Position numbers and translations under genes: made by a program. This document shows, one piece after another, positions 42,501 through 53,628 of a stretch of 64,000 nt of DNA. Every line of letters starts with the position of its first letter. The first letter of the stretch is position 1. The notes beneath the pieces were generated by a model, which was not told the DNA's origin, made no database searches, and saw only the letters and a list, made by a program, of their open reading frames with translations. The stretch lies in IMG/VR virus record IMGVR_UViG_3300020220_003261. The stretch is one strand, 5' to 3'. This stretch comes from a virus.

Positions 42501-43384
42501 ATGGTGGTATTAAATCATTTTTTAAAAATAATGGATTTAATACAATATTACCAAACAAATTAGATGGAAGAGTTTTAAACGGTGATATTTTACAATTGAT
42601 ATCTATAAATAATGAAACCGGTATTGAAGAATTTGATTTACAAAATAGAAATTATGCCGTTTATAGTCCACAGATTTTGGATGTAGAAAGTTATCCAACA
42701 TTGTTAGATGGTGGACCCATGCCGATAAATTTTGTTTTAGATGGGACGAGTAATGTAACGGGATCTGTGTTTGATGGTGAAGGTTTTAGAGTTAGAGCAT
42801 GTTTGAATGAGATAGGTAGATTGACTGAAGCATCACAAGACGTTCCTTTCTTTTTATGGGATAAAGGAGGAGATGGATTTGGTTCTGGTACAAATCATCA
42901 TTGGGATTATAATAACATAGAAGTTCAACCGCTACAAGGTATGACTAAGGAATATAAATATACTGGTGATTCTACACATAAGTATATTTTATTTCCGATG
43001 ACTAAATTATATAGTGGAAATACATTTACATACCCAAGTATTCAATTTAATGATATAATAGCGGATGTTGTGAGTACAAGTGCGGTTCATACAAACTATG
43101 ACATGCAAGAAGAGGGATTTAGTGTTTTAGAATGTGATGATGAAGATAACCCGACAACAGGAAATTTATATATTAGAACTGGTGATACAGCAAACTGGGC
43201 AACAATATCTTGGACAAATACAACAGATTTCCTTATAAAACCAACAACAACAAATTATAATGGAAATCAACAAATTTTATCAACACCATTTTTATTTTAT
43301 TTTGGATTGAGACCGGGCAAAACTGCGGTTGATAAATTTATGGAAAGATTCGGGCCGAAAGGTGCTTTTAAATCTGCTGAATAA
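39551..43384 (+). CDS. Large baseplate-associated structural protein with an N-terminal carboxypeptidase-regulatory-like beta domain
   Basis: GVVCGRI....GFGIPNARVSIFIP, KTNDAGDFMIWGVP.G; follows gp6; tandem TATTTAT at 39506 and 39537. Confidence 0.55.
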   Translation: MIQKHRIATNIGVDQKVIVELKQNYDLLEILSLKFSQKQTYTSLCSDYGVVCGRISVNNGFGIPNARVSIFIPLSDMDENDPVVSALYPYKSPTEKNDNGLRYNLLPERKQHGGHEPVGSFFDQSDVLNNESKLEVFEKYYSYTVKTNDAGDFMIWGVPIGPQILHVDIDLSDISCFSLRPDDFIRQGIGVDQFKNTYTFKSSTDLSTLPQIVSFDKSIEVFSFWGNVDLCEIGITRTDFDLSDEGVKVEPKAYLLGSVFSDQGNNSVNKNCTPKNTMGYKCNLTSDPAVIEVLRFTSKKDINNRPILELYEINEDVDDSGSFVLTLPMNMDYVYTNEFGENEITNDPNKGIPTSGCYRFRISTKNESVGRVRTTASYLVPNIREFENEIDKSYAWSTDWSDYPIGATNNSIIFYSENGRYYPKDYFYRLTYNKVYSVSSFMGSYFSSSGGGRDTFLGIKEISPKKEDDCEENVVTPPINFGIEKFTFAILIATILNIFERLIYYAFIAAVQILIIPFQALYNFRIRIRAFRVTIIDWRPFEFLDRAVIEPLQRFGTVRLGIAIYPDCETCDNLDYVNELPNTNEDPALLFTEIASGTAIPDNYMVTYGCAGYTDDDPSLTRLYFVIPGGTCSPASDVEPTFLASYNLTMLINEPSRFVVKFNNSQLYDTLVLNQEIINGITTHYFDDYVKCSYTNNRLNEPTEPITYKIYDKNSLLLGGSGGSGLQSELQGGCQQYVSVYRENIVSHSYCVVDPSISYNSLTTSNLVLGSSCPPDKINVGQVIRNVDANPCGTCGTKSGYSEFRFGLFTIIPAASTRNWGVNFDAITEYAIRKLVAKLFCEGYVNYSFIDNWLTGALYIFPFKSKVRWDNEEELDLNYRRTKYCDNLVYYKVGTINNPDKRFYYRSTKYISGKFNRSIKNTLGHPTTIVDLGPRDEFIKEICVDASVDPNCSIVRSIGPTSYQNFKELLGLYINYKLDYLGPDGGIKSFFKNNGFNTILPNKLDGRVLNGDILQLISINNETGIEEFDLQNRNYAVYSPQILDVESYPTLLDGGPMPINFVLDGTSNVTGSVFDGEGFRVRACLNEIGRLTEASQDVPFFLWDKGGDGFGSGTNHHWDYNNIEVQPLQGMTKEYKYTGDSTHKYILFPMTKLYSGNTFTYPSIQFNDIIADVVSTSAVHTNYDMQEEGFSVLECDDEDNPTTGNLYIRTGDTANWATISWTNTTDFLIKPTTTNYNGNQQILSTPFLFYFGLRPGKTAVDKFMERFGPKGAFKSAE

Positions 43385-45156
43385 TGGAAAAGAGAGAAAT
43401 ATTATTACCAAGTAAATTATTTAAAAAGGCAAATGATGCGGATTTAAATATAAGAGTTGGATTAGATGAATCTGAAGCGTTATTAAGGAATGGCGATAGA
43501 GACATTGTGCTAGATCTTGCAGAATTATTTAATAAAGAAAGACAAGATAGTAAAAATTATAAGATACATGGAAAAATAAAAATGGTTTTTAGAAACATGT
43601 ATAGTGGATCAACAACGTACCCGTATTTAGAAGAACGATTATATTTAAATGGTGACGGTAGTAATAATAATTTTGATGGATTTTTACCTTATAATGAATT
43701 TGCTTTTTTGAGAAATGATGTTGTAAGGGAAGTAACCTTACCGACATCCGTTAGTGGGTCTACTTTAGGAATATACACCCCAACTAGAATTATAACTGGA
43801 TCAACTGGTCACACAACAATAACAACAGCATCGGCACCATATCATAATTGGAACATTTATCTTTCTTATGCATACACTGGAATAACAAATTATCCCATGG
43901 TATATACATTATCGGGTTCACCAAAAACTGAATTTAGTAATATTGTTCATTTTACAAGTGGTGACGGAATACCATTTAGGTGTCAACAATCTGATAGATA
44001 TTATATTTTTACAAGCCCTGTTAAGCACGGAATGTCTGCTGGAGAGTTTATATCATTTTCAGGAACGTCTATTACCGGAAATGTTTCGGGAAGAACATAC
44101 ACAATTAATAGTGTCGGTAACGAAACATTTGATTCTGAAAATTATGTAATTAATATTTTGAAATCACAATTCAAAACGGGAACAACAATTAGTGGAATTT
44201 ACTTAGGTAAAAGGTGTTTAGATAAAAGAAATATCAGTGGTACCACTTCACAATATTATGTTCATAAATTAAAAACACTTAGAGAAACTAAAGATTATAT
44301 TTTAGATAAGATTGGGTTTGAAAGCCCAATATGGGAGGACGAAAAAAAATTATTGTTTGAAAATAGTGCCGGTACTAATGATGTATTAGTTGTAAGAAAT
44401 AGAATGGAATCTTTGATATATGATTTTAAAGAACCATTTGTTCTTTCTGGAATAACTAATAATTTAGGATTTACTCCTACCGATGTATATGTTTCAATTT
44501 TATTTAGGAATGGAAATGGTTATTTTATTAATCCACCAAAAGTTGGTTTCAAATTTAATCTTCATGATACGTGGATAGATGAACACTTTTCAGGAAATAC
44601 CTCGAATGAGTTATCAATGAGCGGTGTTACTATTTTTAGTGGTGCAACTGCAGGGTTTTCTTTTTCTGGTGGAACATCACTACAAACAGGAACAACACTT
44701 GTCGGGTCGTTTGTTGAATATAACAGAAAAGAATTAAAGGAGAGAATAATATCGGAATCAATACATAAAATTATTAATCCATTATCAATATTTGATTATG
44801 AACAAAATAATTCTTCAGTTTTTTCTGGTTCAACAACGGATAATCCGTTTGGTTTGATATATCAACCACATTATAGAGTCAAATTAAGAGAATTATCTCC
44901 ATATACTGAATTTTCAAATACAAACGAAATTTATAATTTACCTGAAAATACAAAATATGATAGTGAAGATAATGTGTGGAGATGGAGAGATCTTTATGAT
45001 CATGGTAATATTGATCCTGATGGATTTGGAACAGATTTTTCTTTTATTAATAATATTCACTACGTAAAAAGAGATATAAATTTCTATTTAAGAAATGAAG
45101 CATATTATATGAATAAGTTAGATGGCTTAGCCAAATTTAAATCTCCTAAATGTTAA
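43384..45156 (+). CDS. Putative virion structural protein
   Basis: TAATG-coupled, Ser/Thr/Gly-rich, within the baseplate operon. Confidence 0.55.
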   Translation: MEKREILLPSKLFKKANDADLNIRVGLDESEALLRNGDRDIVLDLAELFNKERQDSKNYKIHGKIKMVFRNMYSGSTTYPYLEERLYLNGDGSNNNFDGFLPYNEFAFLRNDVVREVTLPTSVSGSTLGIYTPTRIITGSTGHTTITTASAPYHNWNIYLSYAYTGITNYPMVYTLSGSPKTEFSNIVHFTSGDGIPFRCQQSDRYYIFTSPVKHGMSAGEFISFSGTSITGNVSGRTYTINSVGNETFDSENYVINILKSQFKTGTTISGIYLGKRCLDKRNISGTTSQYYVHKLKTLRETKDYILDKIGFESPIWEDEKKLLFENSAGTNDVLVVRNRMESLIYDFKEPFVLSGITNNLGFTPTDVYVSILFRNGNGYFINPPKVGFKFNLHDTWIDEHFSGNTSNELSMSGVTIFSGATAGFSFSGGTSLQTGTTLVGSFVEYNRKELKERIISESIHKIINPLSIFDYEQNNSSVFSGSTTDNPFGLIYQPHYRVKLRELSPYTEFSNTNEIYNLPENTKYDSEDNVWRWRDLYDHGNIDPDGFGTDFSFINNIHYVKRDINFYLRNEAYYMNKLDGLAKFKSPKC

Positions 45157-47619
45157 ATGAAAATAAGAAGAAGTTCTGAAGATTTAAATTTTATTTTTAA
45201 TGGTGATACTTCATTCAAAGCAGACGCTGGATGGGAAGAAAATTTAAGAGACTTTGAAAAAGAAACTCTTACTTCAATTATTAATCCAGCTGAAAACTAT
45301 GAAACGGTAAGATATATTCATAAGGAATATAATTGTGGTAGTGGTATAACACAAAATGACATTTGGTTTTATTTTTATTTTTTAGATAACACAAATAATT
45401 ACACAAATGGATTAGACTATAGTTTAGTAGATATAACACCTAAAGAAAATGCACAAATGTTGGCGCAATCTACAAATAGTTTCTTTAGGTTAGAATTTTA
45501 TAAAACACCAAACAATACTCCACCTGATAGATCTAATAGAAAACTTGCTTTTGCTAAAAATCTTTCATTACCAAACGGTGAAAAATATTTTTATACAACT
45601 TTAAATGATTACATATTTGTTCCTGTATTCACTGGATCTAATTATAGAAACTCTGAAAACATGTATTTGTATTGGTTTCAGGATGATTCCGTTTTAGGTG
45701 ACACAACATTATCTGGTAACACATTTTGGATGACTGCTAGATTTTTTAATGCTAAAGATGGATCAATATCTAATTTTCATAATAGAGTATTAACACCAAA
45801 CCACGAATTTATTGAAGAAGAAGATTTTTATTATAGAGTAACATTTGATAAAAGTTTACACACTTATGAAATATGTTCATATAGTGGTAATACTTTATTT
45901 GGTCCATGTAATACTAATGATGTTAGAGGTAAAGTTTGTAACTCAGTCAATTTTTATCAAAGTTACACACCATCAACAACTACAATTCCACAAACAACGA
46001 GGACGCCCACACCAACAATTAGTGTAACCGCAACCCAAACAATTACACCAACACCAACTAGAACACCAACAAAAACGGCAACACAGACTCCTACACCAAC
46101 TCCAACAAGAACACCATTTTCTACCTTGACACCAACACCTTCAATTACTGCCTCTCCAACTACAACACCTACACCTACTCAAACATTAACGTCAACACCT
46201 ACGCCAACTCCAACTCCAACACCTACTCAAACATTAACACAAACAGTTACACCAACGCAAACACTTACACAGAGTGTAACGGCAACTTCTACGCCAACAC
46301 CAACACCTACGCAAACTGAAACAGCAACGCTAACTCCAACTCCAACACCAACGCAAACATTAACACAGAGTGTAACGGCAACTTCTACGCCAACTCCAAC
46401 ACCAACGCAAACACTTACACAGAGTGTAACGGCAACTTCTACGCCAACTCCAACACCTACGCAAACTGAAACACCTACACAAACACTTACACAGAGTGTA
46501 ACAGCAACGCCAACGCAAACTCCAACACCTACGCAAACTGAAACAGCAACGCTAACTCCAACTCCAACACCAACGCAAACACTTACACAGAGTGTAACGG
46601 CAACTTCTACGCCAACTCCAACACCTACGCAAACACTTACACAGAGTGTAACGGCAACTCCTACGCCAACTCCAACGCAAACACTTACACAGAGTGTAAC
46701 AGCAACGCCAACACCAACTCCAACACCTACTCAAACATTAACTCAAACAGTTACATCTACACCTACACCTACGCCAACGCAAACACTTACACAGAGTGTA
46801 ACAGCAACTTCTACGCCAACCCCAACGCCAACGCAAACATTAACACAGAGTGTAACGGCAACTTCTACGCCAACTCCAACGCAAACACTTACACAGAGTG
46901 TAACGTCAACTTCTACGCCAACCCCAACACCAACGCAAACATTAACTCAAACAGTTACATCTACACCTACACCTACACCAACGCAAACACTTACACAGAG
47001 TGTAACGGCAACTTCTACGCCAACACCAACACCTACGCAAACTGAAACACCAACGCAAACATTAACACAGAGTGTAACGGCAACTTCTACGCCAACTCCA
47101 ACGCCAACGCAAACATTAACACAGAGTGTAACGGCAACTTCTACGCCAACACCAACACCAACAAGAACTGTTACACCAACAAGAACTAATACGCCTACAC
47201 CAACACCAACAATAACTCCTACACCAACAAGAACTAATACGCCCACACCAACACCAACGCAAACATTAACTCCAACACAACCATGTAATTGTAAGTATCA
47301 TGACATATATGTAAATCAAAATGATATTGATGATTCTGATAATCAGGCAGTATACTTTGAATATTATGATTGTATAACTGGATTGCTTGAAACACAGACA
47401 AGAGGTGCAGCAGGAACGATTGAAGATGCATTCTGTCATAACATAAATGCGGGTAATACATCTGTATATTATATAAAGGACGGCAATAATGTGGCAGCTC
47501 AAAGTACCATAACAAATACATTTGTTGATTGTTGTCCCGGTTATTTTGATTGCGGATACGGATGTCAATATTATGAGGAAAATCCGGGATGTTCACCTTG
47601 TGATCCTTCTAGTCTCTAA
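45157..47619 (+). CDS. Putative virion protein with a long Thr-Pro linker and Cys-rich C-terminal module
   Basis: ~275-aa globular N-terminus, ~430-aa TP-rich repeat, ~110-aa tip with 10 Cys. Confidence 0.7.
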   Translation: MKIRRSSEDLNFIFNGDTSFKADAGWEENLRDFEKETLTSIINPAENYETVRYIHKEYNCGSGITQNDIWFYFYFLDNTNNYTNGLDYSLVDITPKENAQMLAQSTNSFFRLEFYKTPNNTPPDRSNRKLAFAKNLSLPNGEKYFYTTLNDYIFVPVFTGSNYRNSENMYLYWFQDDSVLGDTTLSGNTFWMTARFFNAKDGSISNFHNRVLTPNHEFIEEEDFYYRVTFDKSLHTYEICSYSGNTLFGPCNTNDVRGKVCNSVNFYQSYTPSTTTIPQTTRTPTPTISVTATQTITPTPTRTPTKTATQTPTPTPTRTPFSTLTPTPSITASPTTTPTPTQTLTSTPTPTPTPTPTQTLTQTVTPTQTLTQSVTATSTPTPTPTQTETATLTPTPTPTQTLTQSVTATSTPTPTPTQTLTQSVTATSTPTPTPTQTETPTQTLTQSVTATPTQTPTPTQTETATLTPTPTPTQTLTQSVTATSTPTPTPTQTLTQSVTATPTPTPTQTLTQSVTATPTPTPTPTQTLTQTVTSTPTPTPTQTLTQSVTATSTPTPTPTQTLTQSVTATSTPTPTQTLTQSVTSTSTPTPTPTQTLTQTVTSTPTPTPTQTLTQSVTATSTPTPTPTQTETPTQTLTQSVTATSTPTPTPTQTLTQSVTATSTPTPTPTRTVTPTRTNTPTPTPTITPTPTRTNTPTPTPTQTLTPTQPCNCKYHDIYVNQNDIDDSDNQAVYFEYYDCITGLLETQTRGAAGTIEDAFCHNINAGNTSVYYIKDGNNVAAQSTITNTFVDCCPGYFDCGYGCQYYEENPGCSPCDPSSL
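45995..47283 (+). repeat. Coding tandem repeat, unit ~[18 protein letters not shown] (~54 nt)
   Basis: The core acacagagtgtaac occurs 13 times between 46261 and 47130, with variable numbers of TP dipeptides between copies. Confidence 0.95.
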
Positions 47620-47630
47620 AAATTAATATA

Positions 47631-48767
47631 ATGAAAAATAAATATGAAATATTAAAAAAAACTATTACAAGTGGTTCACTTATATCTGAAATCAGTCAAA
47701 ATTGGTATGATTCTTTCGGTCAAGTAATTCCTTGGTCTGGTAGTGTTTATATTGGACCTAATCAAAACGATATAATATATAACACAAATGTTACAGGATC
47801 TTTAATTGAAGGATATTATAAATGGACTGGAACAACATGGAATTTAATAACATCGGGTTCAGCATACGATAACTACAACATACCAATATTTTTGACTGCG
47901 ACAAATGATGAAATGGGTGTTATGGTTGGTTTTGATGGAGATATCGAACAAGTAGAACAACTTGTAAATTTTTCATATTCAGGTGTTACAGGAACTTCTA
48001 CCGTTACGATTTATAATACAGTTAACACAGATAGATTAAGAACAATAACAGAGGCGACATATACAATAAATTGGGGGGATAATTCAACAGCTAATTTATC
48101 GATATCACCAACAGGACCTTTATCATCAGAAACAAAAACCTATATTAATTCTGGTGAATATAAAATTTCTGTTACCATGAGCACACCATGGACAACCAAT
48201 AAAGTTGAAAAAATTATTAAGATTCCATTTGACGCAACAGTTACAAATCATTTAGGAACATTTACAGGAACAACTGTACCAGCGTATTCTAATATGACTG
48301 GACAAAGCTTAAATTATTTAAATGACTATGATTACACAAATGTCACAGGAACAACAACAGGGTTCACTTATTTAGCAATAGGTAACAGCAGTTTGTCTCA
48401 AAAATTAAAATATGGTCAAAATCCTAATTTGATAATATCTTACAGTGGAGTTACAACTGGAACAGATACTATAGGAAACTATACAGGATATACGATTGGT
48501 GATTTATATTATAAAGATTATCCCAATAAATATACTATGATTACAGGGACTACTGTGGGAATTACAAAAGAAGAGGTTTTTAACCGTGTCTTAACAAGAA
48601 ATGAACATTTTTTAGGTTTTGTTGATGAACCTGTAATTTTTTCAGATGTTTTTGTGGAAAGAGGAAAACAATCTGTAATGGAAAAGAATCTAAGATTAAT
48701 TGAAATAGATAGTATGGGAGAACTTAGTATATATGGAAATGGATTTTATAATATCAGAAAACAATAA
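47631..48767 (+). CDS. Putative virion protein with a PKD/Ig-like domain
   Basis: YTINWGDNS...Y...GEYKISVT PKD-like pattern; rich in TGxT. Confidence 0.55.
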   Translation: MKNKYEILKKTITSGSLISEISQNWYDSFGQVIPWSGSVYIGPNQNDIIYNTNVTGSLIEGYYKWTGTTWNLITSGSAYDNYNIPIFLTATNDEMGVMVGFDGDIEQVEQLVNFSYSGVTGTSTVTIYNTVNTDRLRTITEATYTINWGDNSTANLSISPTGPLSSETKTYINSGEYKISVTMSTPWTTNKVEKIIKIPFDATVTNHLGTFTGTTVPAYSNMTGQSLNYLNDYDYTNVTGTTTGFTYLAIGNSSLSQKLKYGQNPNLIISYSGVTTGTDTIGNYTGYTIGDLYYKDYPNKYTMITGTTVGITKEEVFNRVLTRNEHFLGFVDEPVIFSDVFVERGKQSVMEKNLRLIEIDSMGELSIYGNGFYNIRKQ

Positions 48768-48791
48768 AAATTATATTTATTAATAAAAGTT

Positions 48792-49712
48792 ATGGCAGTT
48801 GGAAGTTATGGTATAGTTAGACCGGCGGACGTTTCTCCAAATGACGTTGAGATTCTCTTACATTACGTTTCAGGTAGAACTGCAAATTCTCCTGTTACCT
48901 TAACAAAATTAGACGCAGGAGACATCTTAAGTCCAATTATACACAATGAAGATACCACAGATGACACTACTCAACAAAACATAGAGATCATTGGTGGTCT
49001 ATATAATTTGAAATTAGAATCATCTAATTTTTCGGAGTTGGGTATATATACTGTTCACATCAGACCAAAACAAATTAGAACAACTATAACGGATTGTGGA
49101 ATATTGGCATCTTTACCATCAGTAAGGGGTGTTATAATTGATTTAACAAATGTTCCATCTGAAGATAGGAATAAATTTACACCACAAGGTTTAGTGGGGT
49201 ATAGAATAGAATATATAAATAAAACAACAAAACAAAAAATACCTAATTTCTATAGAATAGTAACATCTAGCTTTTATTGTGTCCCAATCCAATCGAATTT
49301 AACAAATTCAATACAAAGAGCAATTAGATATCAATATTCAGATACCGCAAGTAACTTAATGTTTTTAACCGTAACACCATCATCCGCACCAACAAATAGA
49401 CCAAATACAGTTCCATTTATAGGAGAACCTTCACAAAAAATTATTTTAACTAATACTTTTTTCAACCCAACAACTATTGAAATAGAAATGGTCGAACATG
49501 ATTCTTCAACATTGGCACACGCTCTTTACGGTAATCAAAGTAAGGCAATATCTTCTGGTATCTACACAATTTATGACAATAACAACAATATCTACAAACA
49601 ATACAATCTTTACGAAATCAAAGATGAACTTAACGAAACATTATATGAGATACGTGAAGAAAAAACAGATATTGATGAAACATTAAATTTAGAAGATATT
49701 ACTAACGTATAA
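48792..49712 (+). CDS. Putative baseplate structural protein
   Basis: 306-aa ORF with TATTTAT at 48774-48780, TAATG-coupled to the next gene. Confidence 0.55.
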   Translation: MAVGSYGIVRPADVSPNDVEILLHYVSGRTANSPVTLTKLDAGDILSPIIHNEDTTDDTTQQNIEIIGGLYNLKLESSNFSELGIYTVHIRPKQIRTTITDCGILASLPSVRGVIIDLTNVPSEDRNKFTPQGLVGYRIEYINKTTKQKIPNFYRIVTSSFYCVPIQSNLTNSIQRAIRYQYSDTASNLMFLTVTPSSAPTNRPNTVPFIGEPSQKIILTNTFFNPTTIEIEMVEHDSSTLAHALYGNQSKAISSGIYTIYDNNNNIYKQYNLYEIKDELNETLYEIREEKTDIDETLNLEDITNV

Positions 49713-52700
49713 TGGCAAAGAGAAAAGTTCCAAGTCAGGCGGCTAGTGGTGAAGAAACATTTAGTGATAGTTTAGTCGGTAGACAAATTACCGATGGATC
49801 AAGCTCTTTGACTAATACTGTCTTTAGTATTGATAGAACATTACCAGAAAAAGATAGTAAAAAATTTCAAACATCGCCATTCTCGGATTTTTTTTCTTTA
49901 AATGATTTGAAAGAAGAAAAAGATACACCATCATTGTTATCCGCTGAAGAAAAGAAAAAAAATATAAAATTCAGAAATGGTAAAGATGATGCCTCTAGAT
50001 CTTTGTATGGGTCATTAAGAAGTAGAATTGGAAATTCAATACAAAAAATTATAAAAAAATTTCCGGCCGGTGTTTTAGTAGACGCGACAACACCTGTAAG
50101 AACAAGTAACAATACAGCAAAAAATATAACTTACAGTCCAATATTGAAATCAACACAACTTGAAATTGATGTTTCAATGTTGTATAACACGTTTGGAATT
50201 GTTTTTAAAAAACCATCATCACCTGAAAAGGTAAATAAAGAAAATCCATTAAGAGATTTTTTTTCTTCTTATACAAAATATGTAATTGAAATAAGTGGAT
50301 CAACATATAATTTGGTTGGATACACAGAACCAAATTCATCAAATACTATTACTTTAAATGTATCTGGACAACCATTTACAGGATCAACATATTCTGAATC
50401 TTTTTTGATAAGACCAAACAATGGTACAATTGAAGAGTTTCATAATGGTCTTGATGATTTAGAAGAATTATTATTAGATAGACAAAGTAATCCAAAATAC
50501 GAAGCAAAGTTTAAAGTCCCAAAAGATAGTTTTGACGGATCCTCAACTGATATTGTAACAGTAGAAATTAACTGGCCAATTTCAAAAGATAATTGGAATC
50601 CACAAATTGTAGGATTAGACTACGAAGAATATCTAACAAAAATAAATTCTTTAGCAGAAGAAATTGACAATTATAAATCTAATTTAATATTAAGATTTTT
50701 AACTTCAGGTCAGTTATTTGAATATGATACTTTAGAAAAAAAAGGTGAAACAATTTTTCAATTGTATGGTCAATCTTTTGATAAAGTAAAAAAATATATT
50801 GATAACATTGCTTTAATGAGAAATGTTACATATGACGGAATAAATAATTTACCAGATATTTTACTAAAAAATCTTGCAAACACTTTAGGTTTAGATACAG
50901 TCAATCTATTTGATGAAAATAATTTAGAACAATCATTATATACAAGACACCAATCTAATTATTCTGGTATTACTACATCTTTTAATGTTGTTGATGCCGA
51001 ATATGAATTTTATAGAAGATTACTTGTTAACCTTGCCTTTATCTATAAATCAAAGGGGACAAGAACAGCAATAGAATTTTTCTTAAAATTTTTAGGGGCA
51101 CCCGAACCATTAATTAAAATTGATGAATATGTTTATAAAGTAAAAACATTACCGAAAAGTAATGATATAGAAGATGACATTTATGATGCAATACAAGGTA
51201 ATAAAATATCTTTTGTTGTTACAGGATTTACAGGAACAACATATTCGTATTTAACAGGAACAACAAGATCTTCTATAACTTATAATAGAGACAACTATCC
51301 AGTAGATGAAGATAGTGGATTACCAAAATCAACAACTAACACATCTGAAGATACATTCTTTCAGAAAGGTGCTGGTTGGTATGATGTGACATTATCTCAC
51401 AGAGCACAAATGGTTTTAGATGAGGAAAATTCAATAACTACTGGTAGATCAAGGACTACTGTAACTAAAATTAAACCTTATACTTACGGAGAAGATTATT
51501 TTGACTTGTATAGAACATTGCCAGGATTAGATACAGGATATGAATTATTAGGAAATATTGATAATTTTAAAGGGTCCGTAGATAATACAGAATCTTTATT
51601 CACACTAAACAGAAAAAATTTAAGTGTATATCTATCTTCAGCACAATCATTAGATTACGATATATACAGAAAATCAAGAGAATTAGAAGTTGTTATTGGT
51701 TTATTACCAATACAAACGGGTTTTACATTTAGTGAATTCTTAGATAGTGTTTATAATCAAGTAATTCATAATTCCAATGTCATTAGATTTAAACCTAATT
51801 ACATTCAATTAGAAGATTTATATTCAAAATATTTGTCATTGACAGGTGTAACTCATTATGATTACTTACTAACAAATGAGTTTATAGAAAAAATGTCACC
51901 GTATTGGGTTCAGATATTGGAACAAATGGTACCGGCAACTACGTTGTGGACTGGTGGTAATTTAATTGAAAATGGAAGAATAAAAAGATCAAAATACAAA
52001 TACACAAAACCGTGTCAAGTATTGGAAATTATTGATGATTTATATCCCGATTTTGTGCAACTTATAGGAGATGAACAAAATGATGGTGAAGTTGGTATAG
52101 GTGATGATGACCCCGATAAAGATGGTGTATTAAGAATATATCCAGCTTTTGAAATTAACGGTGTTTTATATTCAGGTGAGACAAACAATTTAAATCATTT
52201 TGTTCAAATTTTAGGAACATCAACAGTTTCAGGAGTTAGTGCAAGGTTATATAACCCTTCACCACCTTATGTTGTTGATCCCGATTATTCAGAAATTAGA
52301 ACACAATGGTCGGCAAAAACGATAAATGTTATTAATTATATAAATGCTAACTCAACAATTTTTATTGATTTGAGTGGAACAAGTAGTACGTATACAGGTT
52401 ACACAAGTCAATCTGGAATTACTACAGGAACAACAATGGTTCCTTACTTTACTTACGAGTTTTTCACTAACGACGCCAACCAAGAAAAAATTAAATTTAT
52501 TTCATCTAAATATGGATTTAATAAATGCACTGTGGATAAATTCAATTTCAAATATGTAACAATCGAATATAGTTCACCACCGCCAACACCAACACCTACA
52601 AGAACTCCTACGCCTACACCAACACCAACAAGAACTGTTACACCAACAAGAACTCTTACGCCTACACCAACACCAACAAGAACTGTTACACCAACAAGAT

Positions 52701-53602
52701 CTCTGACACCCACACCTACACCAACTAAAACATTAACATCAACTGTACCTTCAACAGCAACACCAACACCTACGCAAACTGAAACAGCAACACTAAATCC
52801 AACTCCAACACCAACACCTACACCAACAACAACTGATCCTGCAACAACCCCTACACCCACAGCTACACCAACTCCAACACCAACACCTACACCACCAACA
52901 GAGTATTGTATTCAGTATACTATAAATTATGATGTTAGCCAACCTGCATCGTCTTGTGGAACTGGATTATATGATAGTGTGGATGAGATTACAGTAACCT
53001 TGTACGATAGTCCTGGAGGTTCTCCAATTAATGCTACAGAAAATATCACCATACAATTTAGTGGAAGTGAAATGATGGATTGTTCAGGATATCCTTTCAC
53101 TGTATACCCTGTATCTGTTGTAATTAATTCGGGATCATCAAGTGGTTTTTCAACATACACACAAAGTGGTTATAGAATATGTGAACAAGATTCACTTTGT
53201 AAGGCTTTCTCTATAAATGATTTAACAATATATAGTATTACACCTTCTTCATATGAGGTTTGTGTAATTCCGACATTAACTCCTACCCCTACGCCAACTC
53301 CAACACCTACACCGAGTTGTGTGTGTCATAGTATGACATATAATGATGGACAATTGCCGGGTGATTTATATGTAAGATACCGTTCTTGTGGTAGTGGAGT
53401 TGTAACGGAATTGATAAGTGAACTTTTAACAGATGATAATGGAGATGGAACATATACCGCACATATTTGTGTTGATGTGACCGGAAGTTATAATAATCCT
53501 ATTTGTGTTCAAGATGGTAATGAAGTATTATGTCCAAACGGTCTTTCATGGTCATCATCTTTACAAAACTGTAGTAGCCCATTTGATTGTAATGTAAGTT
53601 AA
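49712..53602 (+). CDS. Baseplate wedge protein (gp7/P2 gpI-like) with appended Thr-Pro linkers and two Cys-rich modules
   Basis: [37 protein letters not shown] wedge motif; TP tracts at 52577-52900 and 53270-53314. Confidence 0.7.
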   Translation: MAKRKVPSQAASGEETFSDSLVGRQITDGSSSLTNTVFSIDRTLPEKDSKKFQTSPFSDFFSLNDLKEEKDTPSLLSAEEKKKNIKFRNGKDDASRSLYGSLRSRIGNSIQKIIKKFPAGVLVDATTPVRTSNNTAKNITYSPILKSTQLEIDVSMLYNTFGIVFKKPSSPEKVNKENPLRDFFSSYTKYVIEISGSTYNLVGYTEPNSSNTITLNVSGQPFTGSTYSESFLIRPNNGTIEEFHNGLDDLEELLLDRQSNPKYEAKFKVPKDSFDGSSTDIVTVEINWPISKDNWNPQIVGLDYEEYLTKINSLAEEIDNYKSNLILRFLTSGQLFEYDTLEKKGETIFQLYGQSFDKVKKYIDNIALMRNVTYDGINNLPDILLKNLANTLGLDTVNLFDENNLEQSLYTRHQSNYSGITTSFNVVDAEYEFYRRLLVNLAFIYKSKGTRTAIEFFLKFLGAPEPLIKIDEYVYKVKTLPKSNDIEDDIYDAIQGNKISFVVTGFTGTTYSYLTGTTRSSITYNRDNYPVDEDSGLPKSTTNTSEDTFFQKGAGWYDVTLSHRAQMVLDEENSITTGRSRTTVTKIKPYTYGEDYFDLYRTLPGLDTGYELLGNIDNFKGSVDNTESLFTLNRKNLSVYLSSAQSLDYDIYRKSRELEVVIGLLPIQTGFTFSEFLDSVYNQVIHNSNVIRFKPNYIQLEDLYSKYLSLTGVTHYDYLLTNEFIEKMSPYWVQILEQMVPATTLWTGGNLIENGRIKRSKYKYTKPCQVLEIIDDLYPDFVQLIGDEQNDGEVGIGDDDPDKDGVLRIYPAFEINGVLYSGETNNLNHFVQILGTSTVSGVSARLYNPSPPYVVDPDYSEIRTQWSAKTINVINYINANSTIFIDLSGTSSTYTGYTSQSGITTGTTMVPYFTYEFFTNDANQEKIKFISSKYGFNKCTVDKFNFKYVTIEYSSPPPTPTPTRTPTPTPTPTRTVTPTRTLTPTPTPTRTVTPTRSLTPTPTPTKTLTSTVPSTATPTPTQTETATLNPTPTPTPTPTTTDPATTPTPTATPTPTPTPTPPTEYCIQYTINYDVSQPASSCGTGLYDSVDEITVTLYDSPGGSPINATENITIQFSGSEMMDCSGYPFTVYPVSVVINSGSSSGFSTYTQSGYRICEQDSLCKAFSINDLTIYSITPSSYEVCVIPTLTPTPTPTPTPTPSCVCHSMTYNDGQLPGDLYVRYRSCGSGVVTELISELLTDDNGDGTYTAHICVDVTGSYNNPICVQDGNEVLCPNGLSWSSSLQNCSSPFDCNVS
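52577..52900 (+). repeat. Coding Thr-Pro repeat
   Basis: [13 protein letters not shown].. repeats; shares near-identical DNA with 46295-46352 and 47149-47212. Confidence 0.95.
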
Positions 53603-53628
53603 AAATTAATTCAAAATATTTATAACAT

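Noticed and set aside
45995-47283. CRISPR array
   Set aside because: Repeats are in-frame coding units without unique spacers. The PD-(D/E)XK gene at 57477 is Cas4-like in fold only and has no cas neighbours.
46552-47568. Minus-strand ORFs rich in VGVG or CW repeats (also 52453-52860)
   Set aside because: Antisense shadows of the Thr-Pro repeats.
46295-52815. Diversity-generating retroelement TR/VR pair
   Set aside because: All four mismatches involve an A, but the A is in gene 1 for one tract and gene 2 for the other, the tracts are very A-rich anyway, and no reverse transcriptase is in the window.
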